Of a stretch of DNA of 64,000 bases, positions 1-10,820 are shown piece by piece. Position 1 is the stretch's first letter. Every line of letters starts with the position of its first letter. The position numbers and the translations under genes were made by a program. This DNA comes from Botryllus schlosseri (Eukaryota), in the NCBI GenBank assembly GCA_051294905.1, contig CM119385.1, positions 8,060,001 through 8,124,000 on the forward strand, given 5' to 3'. The notes under the pieces were generated by a model. That model was not told the DNA's origin, searched no databases, and worked only from the letters and a program-made list of their open reading frames with translations.

Positions 1-277
1 ACGTAATAATGAGTCAGTGGCGTTTGAAAACAGACGTTTGTGCTACCGCTAACCTGGTATATTATCTCATTCTTGTTCACGAATATTCAGTTTATGTCAT
101 AGTCCTTGTACAAACAAAAAGTAATCGCTCTTTCACAAAAAAAAATCGATTAAATATGGGAAGTAGTCGATTACGATTACTTCGTATTTTTTTCGAATGT
201 AATCGATTGCGATCACTTCAAAATGCTGTAATCGTCGTAATCGATTACGATTACTAATCGCGATTACCCAATGTCTG
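1..277. mobile_element. Right end of a non-autonomous hAT-type element (GATTAC-rich family), truncated by the window edge
   Basis: Positions ~70-277 closely match 37425-37636, including the GATTACGA-rich subterminal repeats and the terminal (c)ccaatgtctg / cccatgtctg. That second copy has a complete TIR pair and an 8-bp TSD. Confidence 0.8.
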
Positions 278-1854
278 GTTGCGATACATCGTGCAAAAAC
301 CATTCTCGCTAATTGGCGTGCGCAACACTGATAAAATACGACGAACAGAATTGCAACTGAATATTAGCGTCAGAAAGGTGATTTCAAAAGGACGGGGTTT
401 TGCCACGCGCCTGAATGTATTGCTGCTGATTTGCTCACGTGCTCAGCAGCACTACGAAATACCTTGCTGATTTTTAAATCGATCAATTCACCAACCAGTC
501 ACCTACAGGCCTAACCGAATTCTGGGTACGCGGCATACCCAAAATATTCCTAGGAATGCGCGGCATACCTAGCATACCCGAGTTCAGCGCCCATGATTTG
601 CGCGTCCTCCTAGGACACTTTAAAAAAGAGGACGTATGGTAGCCCTATTATAACCCCACCCGTCAGTCCTTCGGCTTTCTTGAAACGAAAGTGTCTATTT
701 TTGAAAATATGGTAATTTTTGAAAATGAAAACTGTACCCAGATGTGGTGCACAAGAAGTCAGCATTGCCAATGAAATAGAAATAATACCTCACATTTCCA
801 CTCAGTAAAAAGCAGAGGTGGCGATATAACGAAGATATACCAAAATCAATTCCAGGTAAAAAAATTAGTGAATAGTACTCAATCAGTCACATCACATACT
901 TTGGTGTCAACAAAGATTTTCTACTTCCCCACACGCGTTGATAGCTCAAGAAGGATAATTCTACTTGATTCATCCACAAAAGTGTTGTAATTCTTGATTG
1001 AACACCTGTGACTAACATAATTTCCAATTCAAAATGTACCTATTTCTGAGATGCATTTCTGAACAGACAATAATGTTATCAAAACCTATTCACAAAAATC
1101 ATGCAATTATCACAAGTAAATCAATAAATAATGATTAGTCAGTCCTACCACATGCTGCATAACGTAGGAGCCAATCAAAAATATGTTTAGCTATAATTAA
1201 TGCTAATACAGAAATGGCGCCTGCAAATTTTAGCATGTATTGGAAGAGTTGCGAAGTTTTGGAGTGAGATTAAAGCAATATCAAACTAATTTGATACGTG
1301 CCAGACCTGTTTAATGCAAAATTTTACACTAGTCAGCATTGACAAGTCCGCCATCAAATTTTACAACCATGTTGGGGGTGATTTAGAAGTCAAATCAATG
1401 GCTTAATAGAGCCCACATCATACCTTGAAAGAGATTTCGGCATCAGCCATTAGAGGTAACACAATATCATCGATTTTAGTGACGCCACCATGATAGCATG
1501 GAGTTAGCGAACTGCAATTTATGCGATTGCCATACTGGAAATGTTAATACATTTCTAACAGCTTACAAGTTTACAGATGCAGCCTTTCTAGTTTATTTCA
1601 TATCCAAGGATAGCTATGAATGTAAAGCGGTTCAAATAAAATCCTCTTGAAATTTCGGAAATGCTCCTTAAGCTAGATGCCATATATTTTGTACATTGAG
1701 TGAATATATCGGCTTATCAGTGAAGTTTCTATTCATTAGTTATTGGCTCAAAAATCCGACATCAGTTGGGCTCTAGTTTCAACCACTAGGTAGGCCTACT
1801 AGCAATGAAAATTTGGATCAAAATATCAATCATAACGAAAACATAGAGAGAATA

Positions 1855-3069
1855 TTATAAGCCATCACGCTTCAATCGTTCAACAATGGGAAGATATGCT
1901 TCTAACAATTCACAGAACTCCTTTTCCAAGATCTTACACCGTTCCTCGTCGGATGGCATTAGTGTCTTCATATTTTTCATGTAAGCTTTTGCAGAGAAAG
2001 GCTGATTAAGACGCCGTTTCACTTCCAGTCTATACGGCTTGTATGACTTCTCGTCTAAAACGTTTGTGTGTTTTAAGCGAATGATCTCGTAAACACGTCG
2101 ACTCTGACGCTTGTTCAATTTCAATTTTTCATTACATTCTTTGAACATGTCAGATGAATATCCGTTCGAGAGTTTATCGGGGTGAAAGCAATCCAAATTG
2201 ATCGAATTTTTGCAGTCGATATAGTCACGAATTCTCTGGAAGTTCTCCGATGGATCTTCAACGCAGATATCTCGAATATTGCTTCTTGATAAGAATCTTT
2301 TCTGGATAAAATCAACAGTTTCGGTGGCATGGCCTTGCCGCTGGTACGTTGGGATAACAATGAACTGTGCAATACGAGGTCGACAATGCTCGGGATAGGC
2401 ATAAAAATTATACGCAGTGCAGTATCCAACAAAATAGTACACAAATTTTCCAGTTTCATCAGACACTTTTTCGTAAATTGTGTAATATTCCCATTTGTCA
2501 TCATCAACATCGATATAACTAGCTGCGTCAATGAACCACATCATTAAAGTCTGCATCCTGTCATGGTATTCTTTGAATCCAGGGTAACGAGCAATACTCG
2601 GATTAAACATTTCGAAAACTTGTTCAACACCAGTCTTAGCTGTTCTCCGGTATTGATGGACCATTTCTCCGTGAGGAAGAAATGAGGCATCACACTGAAT
2701 CTGATGCGTAAATTGATCCACACTCCAGCAACAACCTGGGGGTATGACTTCTTTCATGTTACTCATTACATCATCAGGTTTTATCTCGTAGTGAGTCTTT
2801 GGATCGATTTTGTCAGAGTATTTGAGCTCCACGAAAGTTTGAAGTTTGCAGGCGGTGTAATATATATTGATTCTTAAATTTTGATAACCGAAAATCTGTT
2901 CCTTCTCGCCAAATATCTGATGTGACATGTCCGGATGAAATGCCTTCGATTCGTCTTCCAGATCACTGACGCCGCGAATCATTTTTAAATGCACAGACTC
3001 ATTGGCATTGCACATGTACTTGTCAATGTTACTTTTCAACGCTTCCATTCCGTCAACAACCATCTTCAT
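1855..3069 (-). CDS. HAT1: Histone acetyltransferase 1 (HAT1, type B catalytic subunit), single exon, 404 aa
   Basis: Uninterrupted ORF with HAT1 motifs along its whole length: HQIFGEKEQIFGY, YHDRMQTLMMWFIDAASYIDVDDDKW, RPRIAQFIVIPTYQRQGH (acetyl-CoA motif A), VEDPS and RRVYEIIRL...YRLEVKRRL. Recognised from knowledge of the human HAT1 sequence. Confidence 0.96.
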   Translation of the reverse strand: MKMVVDGMEALKSNIDKYMCNANESVHLKMIRGVSDLEDESKAFHPDMSHQIFGEKEQIFGYQNLRINIYYTACKLQTFVELKYSDKIDPKTHYEIKPDDVMSNMKEVIPPGCCWSVDQFTHQIQCDASFLPHGEMVHQYRRTAKTGVEQVFEMFNPSIARYPGFKEYHDRMQTLMMWFIDAASYIDVDDDKWEYYTIYEKVSDETGKFVYYFVGYCTAYNFYAYPEHCRPRIAQFIVIPTYQRQGHATETVDFIQKRFLSRSNIRDICVEDPSENFQRIRDYIDCKNSINLDCFHPDKLSNGYSSDMFKECNEKLKLNKRQSRRVYEIIRLKHTNVLDEKSYKPYRLEVKRRLNQPFSAKAYMKNMKTLMPSDEERCKILEKEFCELLEAYLPIVERLKRDGL

Positions 3070-3230
3070 CAGTAAACTTTACAAACAAACTCCATTCATT
3101 CAAAGAAGTGGAGACAGACAAAGTTACTTTGCTTAGACGGAAACTTCGGCGGGAAAACAGAAACTATACCTCGATCACCGTCTTGCCAGATTGCCGATGT
3201 AATGAGAGAGAAAGAGACATATCATCAACC

Positions 3231-3817
3231 TATAGAATGTAAACGTGGAATGGCAGCGACCGATTTTGCAGCTTCGTTCCGCTTCGCTGAAGCTTTACTC
3301 AGACTTATTTTACGGCAGCTACTGTAGAATTTCTGGCAATCCAAAAGTTGTCTTCCAGAGCTCAGAATTTACTGAATCTGGTCTTGATCGAAAGCTACTG
3401 TCGCACTGATTTCGAAAATATCAATCAAAATATGGTGAAGCACCGTAGTGAGATGAAAAACCACCCTAAACATCTAAAATCTGCATTGTTCAGAACAATC
3501 GGATGACCGCAAAACAATGACCATTTCAATGACCCATTCCGGCTCTTCGATTGTTCGGACAATGCCGATAATTCAGACTTGGAGGGCGAATTCTAAGCGG
3601 TTCAGTGCCTGATCATATTTTTATTTACATTTTCGGAATCAGTGCGACAGTAGCTTTCGATCAAGACCAGATTCAGTAAATTCTGAGCTCTGGAAGACAA
3701 CTTTTGGATTGCCAGAAATCCTACAGTAGCTGCCGTAAAATAGGTCTGAGTAAAGCTTCAGCGAAGCGGAACGAAGCTGCAAAATCGGTCGCTGCCATTC
3801 CACGTTTACATTCTATA
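3231..3817. mobile_element. Foldback / long-TIR MITE (Mutator-like?)
   Basis: ~210 bp arms starting tatagaatgtaaacgtggaatggcagcg (3231) and ending cgctgccattccacgtttacattctata (3817) are near-perfect reverse complements. A further inner inverted repeat is present. The element is flanked by the direct repeat atcaacc (3224-3230 and 3818-3824). Confidence 0.85.
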
Positions 3818-3859
3818 ATCAACCAATATATCCGCAAATTGGTTGAGATGGGTATGTAC

Positions 3860-4273
3860 TAGAGGTCGACCGATATTGATTTTTACAGGCCGATACCGAT
3901 ATTTCGACGCTCACAAGGCCGATAACCGATATCATAGGCCGATATTAATATGGAAGGAGCAGAGAACTATTTCGCCAAAAATATTATATATTAGGCAAGG
4001 TGGCACTTGTTCATGCCACAGAAAGGTGAACAACAAACGAGAAAACTGAAATCGAAAAGACTTATTGCTTAATTGTGAACATTCGTTGAAATTTGGGATA
4101 ACCCGAAAATCAAAACATGATACAGAATTGCAGATCAGTTCAGAAAAGGTAGATTGTAGTTAGATATAAAATATCGGTCGCGATATCGGCCTAGATTGGT
4201 CGATACCGATATTCGAGAAAGTTCCAAATATCGGCGCCGATAATCGGCCAAGCCGATAATCGGTCGACCTCTA
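3860..4273. mobile_element. hAT-type MITE (CCGATA-rich)
   Basis: TIR tagaggtcgaccgat...atcggtcgacctcta, with a perfect 8-bp TSD gtatgtac (3852-3859 and 4274-4281). Confidence 0.93.
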
Positions 4274-4439
4274 GTATGTACGTTTTTGTACAGTGTTACT
4301 ATTATGTATTTTCGATCATTCCGGGATTCTTTTTGACCGCAAAATCATCAAGGACAAAAAAAAAACTACGGTTATTTTGCTCATAAACCAATGATATATA
4401 TACATTGTCATAAACCAATGATGATGATAGAAGACACCG

Positions 4440-4580
4440 TGTTCAGTCCACTTTCAAAACACCAGCAGATTGAGGTACAGTGAAAAGATAGGAAGACTGT
4501 GTCGAAACGATCTGGAGTAGTCTTTGAAATTACACATCCACCTGGTCCTGATGTCACGAAGAGGCATGCTCAGCCACGCT
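4440..4580 (-). mobile_element. Diverged 3'-UTR fragment of the CR1/L2-group LINE family
   Basis: Matches the motif gaaaagataggaag..gtcgaaac...ggagtag...gaggcatgc shared with the copies at 9885, 17575 and 57553. Confidence 0.7.
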
Positions 4581-4597
4581 GAAGGGAAAGTATTAGA

Positions 4598-6610
4598 AGT
4601 CAGTCAGTCAGGTTTATTAATATTTTCATCGTTTCAAAACATCACAAGACTGCGATACAATGAAAAGATAGGAAGGTGTCGAAACAACTTGGAGTAGCCA
4701 TTAAGATCAGACACCCACCTTAGCCTAGTTCGGCATACTTGATAGAGCAATGCGTTTTCTTGTATTCTGCAGTCTTGATCATATGGCAGGCTAGTTGTTC
4801 TTCGTTGACGCGCGTGTGCTGTACTTGTGCGCTTTTGTCTCCGAGGTGAAGTAGTCCTTGAAATTTGAGGTACATTGACCGCAACGGAACTGATACATAA
4901 AATTGGCAATTTCTAGCTTCCTCATATCTTCTAAGTTTAGAACACCAAATCTTTTGAGAAGCGATTTATCAGTTGCACATCCAGGCCCCCGTAGGGCTTC
5001 GGCAATGATACGGGTGATCCGATGTTGAAGTTTTTGCAGTGGGTCAATTTTATTCTTGCAGGCAGCACCCAACAAAGAATTCCGTATTGTAACTTTGATA
5101 GGAATAGAGAGTTGAAGAGTATCAACAGCACGCTGACTGGCAGAATGTAGCTAAGGCGGCGAAATAGACCACATACCTTCGATAGTCGTGGTTTAAGTGA
5201 TTATATGTGACTCTTCCAGGACATGTCCGAATCCAGTAAAACACCAAGGTATTTGGCATTTTTAGTGTTGGAAATTGGTTGGCCAGCGATGTCAACGGTT
5301 AGGTTATCGCAGGAGTTCACGACCAATAATTGGGATTTCGCAGCGTTAACCCGAAGGCTATTATGGGACGTCCACTCATGCACTTTGGGCATTTGATCAC
5401 TGGTGACGGCATTCAAGCTTGCGGTAGTAGGTGTGTGAGATAGGAGGTGAGTATCGTCAGCGAAGAGTGTGATGGTATTCAATGATGAGGTTTTAAAGAT
5501 ATCATTGATATGTAAAGTAAAAAGGACAGGTCCAAGAACAGAGCCTTGCGGAACACCACCGGTAACAAGGTGGGGGGGGGGTACAAAGTGTTGGATATCG
5601 AAACCATTTGATATCTCCCAGTCAGGTAGTTTTTCATGAGCTCTAGTTGTGGACCCCGGAACCCGTAGTGCGCCAATTTTGAGAGAAGAATACTGTGATC
5701 GACGCAGTCAAATGCCTTTTTTAGATCAAGAAAAATGCTACATCCCACACTTCGTCTCTCCAAGATGTCATAGTACTGTTCAGCCACTGTTAGCAGGGCA
5801 TGCGAGGTTTGATGTTTTCTGCGGAAGCCGAATTGTTGTGGAGAAATGATAGACATCTTGGCGAGGAACGAAGACATGCGGGAGAGGAGCATTTTTTCGA
5901 AAACAATTCCAATACACGGTAGGACAGATATAGGTCGGTAGTTGGGGACATTAGTTCTATCTCCGGCTTTGTAAACCGGGACAAGTCTGGCAGTTTTCAG
6001 ACAATTCGGGTAGACACCATTTTCTATCATGAAATTGAAAAAAATGGACAATGAGATGACCGATGTGTAGGCTAATCAGTTTTAAAAACCAGGCTGAAAT
6101 TAGATCATATCCAACTGGCTTGTTAGATTTAAGTTCATGTATGGCAAGTGCTACTTCCGTGGAAGTTGCTGGCTCGAGCATGATAGATTGGGATACTGAT
6201 TTAACCTCAGGCCTGGCCGACGCAGGTTTAGAAATAGATGAGGTGATATTAGATCCTACATTGCAAAAAATATTCTTTGAAGTAATTTGAGATGGCCGCA
6301 GGATCTGTCAGATTGTCCCCCGTAATCGAGTTCGTGATTTGCGAGACAGGCATAGGGCTTTTTTCTGGTGCAAAAGCAATTTAATTATTGACCAGGTTTT
6401 TCGAGTGTCCTTCTTATGTTTGTTAAAGAATTTCGCGTTAGCTTTCGCTTTTGCCTTGGAGATATGATGGGAGATGAGATTTCTGAAGCGTCGAAATCTT
6501 TCTCGATCGTCTTGTGAAGAGCACATAAAAGGACAGACGACAAAAATATGTTGGTATATGTGACGGAAGCGTTGATATATCATATCCGCTGAGCTATATA
6601 AATACATCGT
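4598..6610 (-). mobile_element. 5'-truncated, frameshifted non-LTR retrotransposon (CR1/L2 group, Crack-like), RT remnant
   Basis: RT motifs occur across several frames: YRPISVLP, QFGFRRKHQT, FLDLKKAFDCVDH, GVPQGSVLGP, LFADDT and KYLGVLLDSDMSWKSHI. The C-terminal LQKLQHRITRII...HKYSTR region is present. The 3' end has AATAAA and a (CTGA)n tail. No endonuclease domain is seen. Confidence 0.95.
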
Positions 6611-7248
6611 ATATAATCACATCATGGTCCGGTAACCTCAAACGTTGACAAGTAATAGACACTTACGTGACCTTTGACACGAACCAATCAGGTTGAAGCA
6701 GGATGTAAACAAAGAACAAGGCCGGGCAAGCTTACTATGAGCGCTTATGGAAAAGGGTTGAAAAATGAAGGTGTTTCGCAAAATTACATTGATTTGGGAA
6801 TAGCTGGCTTTGGTGAATGGTAATAACGTAGAGCTAGTATGTATTTGCAGTGTTCTAACCTACAATAAACATGAATGGTGGCAAGGACTCATCAGCATGG
6901 TATGTCCAAATGAATGGATTTCTGACAACTTTTCGGATGAAGCAACTATTGCTGTATTATCCTTAGTCGTATACTATCTGATCGTCGTACCGAATAACAT
7001 GTATTAGATTAATCTTGACTCAGGATATGTGGGGTATTCATTATGTGGGCTTGACGTTGCGTTCTATTTATGGAATCGTATATAGTACAGTCTACAGTCT
7101 GCATCATTATCTAGCAAATTACTGTTACACTGGACACTTGTCTGCATATTCAATGATCATATTAATATATATGTTAAGCAACATGATCCGTTCCCAGCTG
7201 AATTCGTCATTTTTTGTTCTAGCTCATGTATTGAATCAATCAGGACAA

Positions 7249-8547
7249 ATGCCGGATAACCACTGTGCTAATAGCCTGTGTAACTTTGAGATGGCTACCC
7301 AGACCGTTCCGTTCCTGGTGTGCGCTTGTACCTTTCCCAGAGCCAATAACATGCATGGAAGAATGAAAAATCTGGATAAAGGCATGTGGACTTCCTTGTG
7401 GTCATCTGAATTCTAATTTTATTAATAAAATGACATATGTACCAAAAATATTGAATCGTGACATAATTAAGATGAAACAATTCTGTGTTTCAAAATGAGT
7501 CCTATCTGAAATCCAGCCACACTTGATGCCACAATCAACTTGATGTGTGTCTCGTTTTATTCCACTCCAGTTTTGTTGCCTGATGGTGTGTAATGGATTG
7601 AAATTGTTGAGAGCAATATATTCAATAATGAGATGAATAGTTGAAATTGGTAGCGATGATATGTTGCATGAGTCGGACGAGTACGCCTTGATAGGTGCCT
7701 GCACAGCAGTGCTGCTCTGTAAAATTAACATATTATATATTTTGTGCAGGCTTGATAGATATCTTTTATGAAGCTGCAGAAAGAGGAAGTCGATGGATAA
7801 AACGCAAGAAAATCAAATTTCTGGAAGAAGCAGAAGCACAAAACAGGAAACTCGTCCAGGAAAATTACAAATTGACGGACAATTATTGCTAGTGAAGTTC
7901 AGTTCTCAGAGGAGCATCATAATGTCAAAAGATGCGGAGAAGCTGAAATTTTATGCTAGACTACATTAAATTCTTTCTGAATTGCCGACTTATCCTACTA
8001 ACGTCAAATTTATAGTATTGCTGCAAGCATAGTATTAAACCATTGGATCAACCGTATGTAACTGCTCCATTAAATTTCGATTTGGCCATGTAGATATGTG
8101 GTTCTTGAAAAGGCACCGTTTGCATTCATTCATGATTTCTCAAAACTAGAATGATTATTGACTGTCAATAAATTACATACAACTTTGAAAGGATTGATGG
8201 ATTGTGGTGCACTTACTTTTGTGCGGGAACTGTTCACAGGGACCATTTCAGATCGAAATATTAGTGAAATATGTGGATTCGACAAGAAATGTGAGAAAAT
8301 GATGAAGTTCAGCTATGGTGAACCAGGAAATGCTATCATGGCAGAAAAGGGATTCACCATTGAGTCTGAACTCAAGAAATTGAATCTAGATTTAAATATT
8401 CCAGCACATGATTTGGCACACCGTCAAATGCCTGAGCCGGACTGTTCCGCAACAAGAAAGATGGCGAGACAACGTATTCATATTGAACAGCTGAGGAGTA
8501 TAAAATTTTGTCTGGGGTCATACTATGCAGCATTGTGTATCAACTAA
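7249..8547 (+). pseudogene. THAP + DDE_Tnp_4 transposase pseudogene
   Basis: THAP remnant MPDNHCANSLCN..GYPDR..FPEP..*KIWIKACGLP..INKMTYV, followed by KLKFY, TRMIIDC (first Asp), TTLKGLMDCGALTFVRELFTGTISD, MAEKGF (normally MADKGF) and RIHIE. Multiple stops, frameshifts and a deletion are present. Confidence 0.85.
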
Positions 8548-8759
8548 CCAAATATGGACTAATTGCTTACTCTAATTGAAGATTGAAAATTAAAAATGAC
8601 TGACGCAACATATTTGGCAATTGTGCAAATTCGGTTTCATTGTGAATATCGTAATGCCTAATAGCATGCTACGGATCGTAATTGTGCGGTGCCATGGTCA
8701 ATGTGTACCAACAGTGCATGTCTATTCATACTATATTCCAGTGGTGTGCATTGAAGCTC

Positions 8760-9420
8760 ATTTAGACGCCCAATATTTTGAATGACCAATTCTGCAGGTG
8801 AAAATGTTCCAGGATTATTTGTGTTTGGTGGAATGTTATAAAACTGAAGACACCAGATACACCAAAATCTACCTTGAGGCAGGAGTTGATCGGTTGTGAG
8901 TACGGTCGAGAGATTGCTTGTCGATCACGATCGAGCTCTCTGATGCTGATGCAAATCACAATGTAGTCCTTGTAGCTTCAGCAGCTGGATTGTCTTAATC
9001 AATGTATATATGCATGAGAACATATATCAGAACCTGATGTGAAAATAAATCATGGTTACAATATCTATATTGCAAGAGTCTCTGAAAAAATGTCTTTTTG
9101 TTTACTTACCCTGTCTTACAAGTGCAAGACGAATCAATAATGGATTTTCTGAGAACGTGTATTTCCATTGAGTGTGATATCTCACTTTTCCGCAAGTTGC
9201 GATAACATTGGCTGTTCACTAGTATATTGCTTCCACAAAGAGTGGATTGTCTCCACAATCTTTGTCCCTACGTCCTGTACGTAGCGCTCCATGAAATACT
9301 TCGTAGCTTTCTCCGCGGTGTTAGAAGAAGATGCCTGTTCCACTCAAATCCAGAAATTCGATAGAATCTTCATAGCTTTCAAGTTTCATAATCAATACCA
9401 GGGATATCTAGTTCTAGATA
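8760..9420 (-). pseudogene. Remnant of the second ORF of the ISL2EU-like element (SWIM-finger region)
   Basis: Frameshifted minus-strand pieces KATKYFMERYVQDV and IIDSSCTCKTG followed by a GTAAGT donor resemble the SWIM region of ISL2EU ORF2 proteins. No YqaJ exonuclease domain was recognised. Confidence 0.45.
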
Positions 9421-9884
9421 TCCCTGTCAATACACCCAAATTGCGATGTGTGGCAGCAGCTGTATTTTATAGCATATATTTCTGAACATGAGATATGCTT
9501 GAAAATTTCGCTCGAGACCGGGAGCCTATGAAATCGTCAAAATATGCATTACCACAATCCTATAGTATAGTATACAACAATCGGCGCTTAATCCGAAAAG
9601 TTGTCAAAAATCCATGCATTTGGACACAGCACGCTGATGCGCACTTGCCACCATTCATGTTCATCCTAGACTAAAAGCTGCAACTACATACTAGCTCTAC
9701 GCTATTACTATTCATTAAGGCCAGTCATCCCCAATTCAACGTATATTTGCTTAAAACCTTCATTTTTCAACTTTTTCCCATAAGAGCTCATAGTAAGCTT
9801 GCCCGGCCTTGTTCTTTGTTTACATCCTGCAGCAACCTGATTGGTTCGTGTCAAAGGTCACGTAAGTGTCTATTATATCCGCAT

Positions 9885-10035
9885 ATAGAATCTGTCGTTT
9901 GCTTTTGTATATCACCTTTTTTTACTTTTTATTCAGTGTGCATGCCTCCTCTTTACATCGCCTAGCCTAGGCCAAGGTGGGTGTCTGATTTCAAAGTCTA
10001 CTCCAAGTCGTTTCGACGCCTTCCTGTCTTTTAAT
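9885..10035 (+). mobile_element. 3'-end fragment of the CR1/L2-group LINE family, (CCGAA)n tail
   Basis: Reads gcatgcctcctctttacatcgcc..ggtgggtgtctga..tactccaagtcgtttcgac..aataaaccgaaccgaac, matching the other copies. Confidence 0.8.
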
Positions 10036-10149
10036 TGTATCGACATTTTTTTGGTATGTTGAACTGATAAAAATTGCTAATAAACCGAACCGAACATTTG
10101 ACTTGAATGTGGACAGTGCTCGTCGATTGTTGGATTGCCCTCGAAATAT

Positions 10150-10189
10150 CATAGCAATTTACAACGTAGCTACGTTGTAAATTGCTATG
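10150..10189. repeat. Perfect 40-bp loop-less palindrome with a flanking direct repeat
   Basis: catagcaatttacaacgtag|ctacgttgtaaattgctatg, with gaaatat at 10143-10149 and 10190-10196. Confidence 0.95.
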
Positions 10190-10654
10190 GAAATATCGTT
10201 CCACAGTAGTGGTCTGGCATTATCATTTTATTAAAATTTATATCAAATCAATACATAACAAGATTGCGATATGATGAAAAGATAGGAGGATGCTTTGTAG
10301 AACAGTCTGTTCGCAGTTCGGAAGGTAAAACATGATTTGATTATAAATAACCGTGAATCCAATCTTTTGCATCGAAAGTGAAAAACTACGTACGCCAGAC
10401 ATACATGAAATCTGGATATGCAATGGATCAACCGGCGAATCCGGCTACGGATGACTGAGCACGGAAAGTCAGTCTTGGAACAGGTCGTTTGGGAATCTCG
10501 TCATCTTAGCCTGCTTGTTATTTTCTCTCTTGGGCTGTGTATAGGTTCTGCGTACCTCGAGATGGTTGGTTCTATTCTGCGTAATGTGCAAGGTAAGAGT
10601 GTATACTATACAGTGAATGTAAGCATGCAGGTGTTTTATTTGCCCTTGCCCCCT

Positions 10655-10820
10655 CAATCAAGAATAGCGTATTGCTCTTCATTTAGTGTACAATGTACAT
10701 GCCTCTTCTTTACAAAGTCTAGGCCGGGTCGGTGTCTGATTTCAAAGACTACTCCAAGTTGTTAACACGTCTTCTTATCTTTTGATTATACTGCAATCTT
10801 GGCGGTGTCTGATCTGATCA
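10655..10820 (+). mobile_element. Diverged 3'-end fragment of the same LINE family
   Basis: Reads catgcctcttctttac..ggtgtctgatttcaaagactactccaagttg..cttcttatctttt. Confidence 0.7.

Larger units (their letters stand above)
6657..9871. mobile_element. Decayed ISL2EU-type (PIF/Harbinger group) DNA transposon with long TIRs
   Basis: The terminal 86 bp (agacacttacgtgacctttgacacgaacc...) match the opposite end with 2 mismatches, and weaker inverted similarity extends to ~200 bp. Flanks are AT on both sides (a TA reading is also possible). It contains convergent THAP-DDE transposase and SWIM-like ORF remnants. Confidence 0.85.

Noticed and set aside
2121-2547. Alternative-frame and antisense ORFs within HAT1
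   Set aside because: They overlap a well-supported gene and have no independent features.
9885-10035. Short ~150-330 bp repeats sharing a LINE 3' tail looked like a SINE family
   Set aside because: The longest copy (17575-17910) carries the ORF2 C-terminus (TFKSKYKQLLLNKY) and no Pol III head, so these are 5'-truncated LINE copies.
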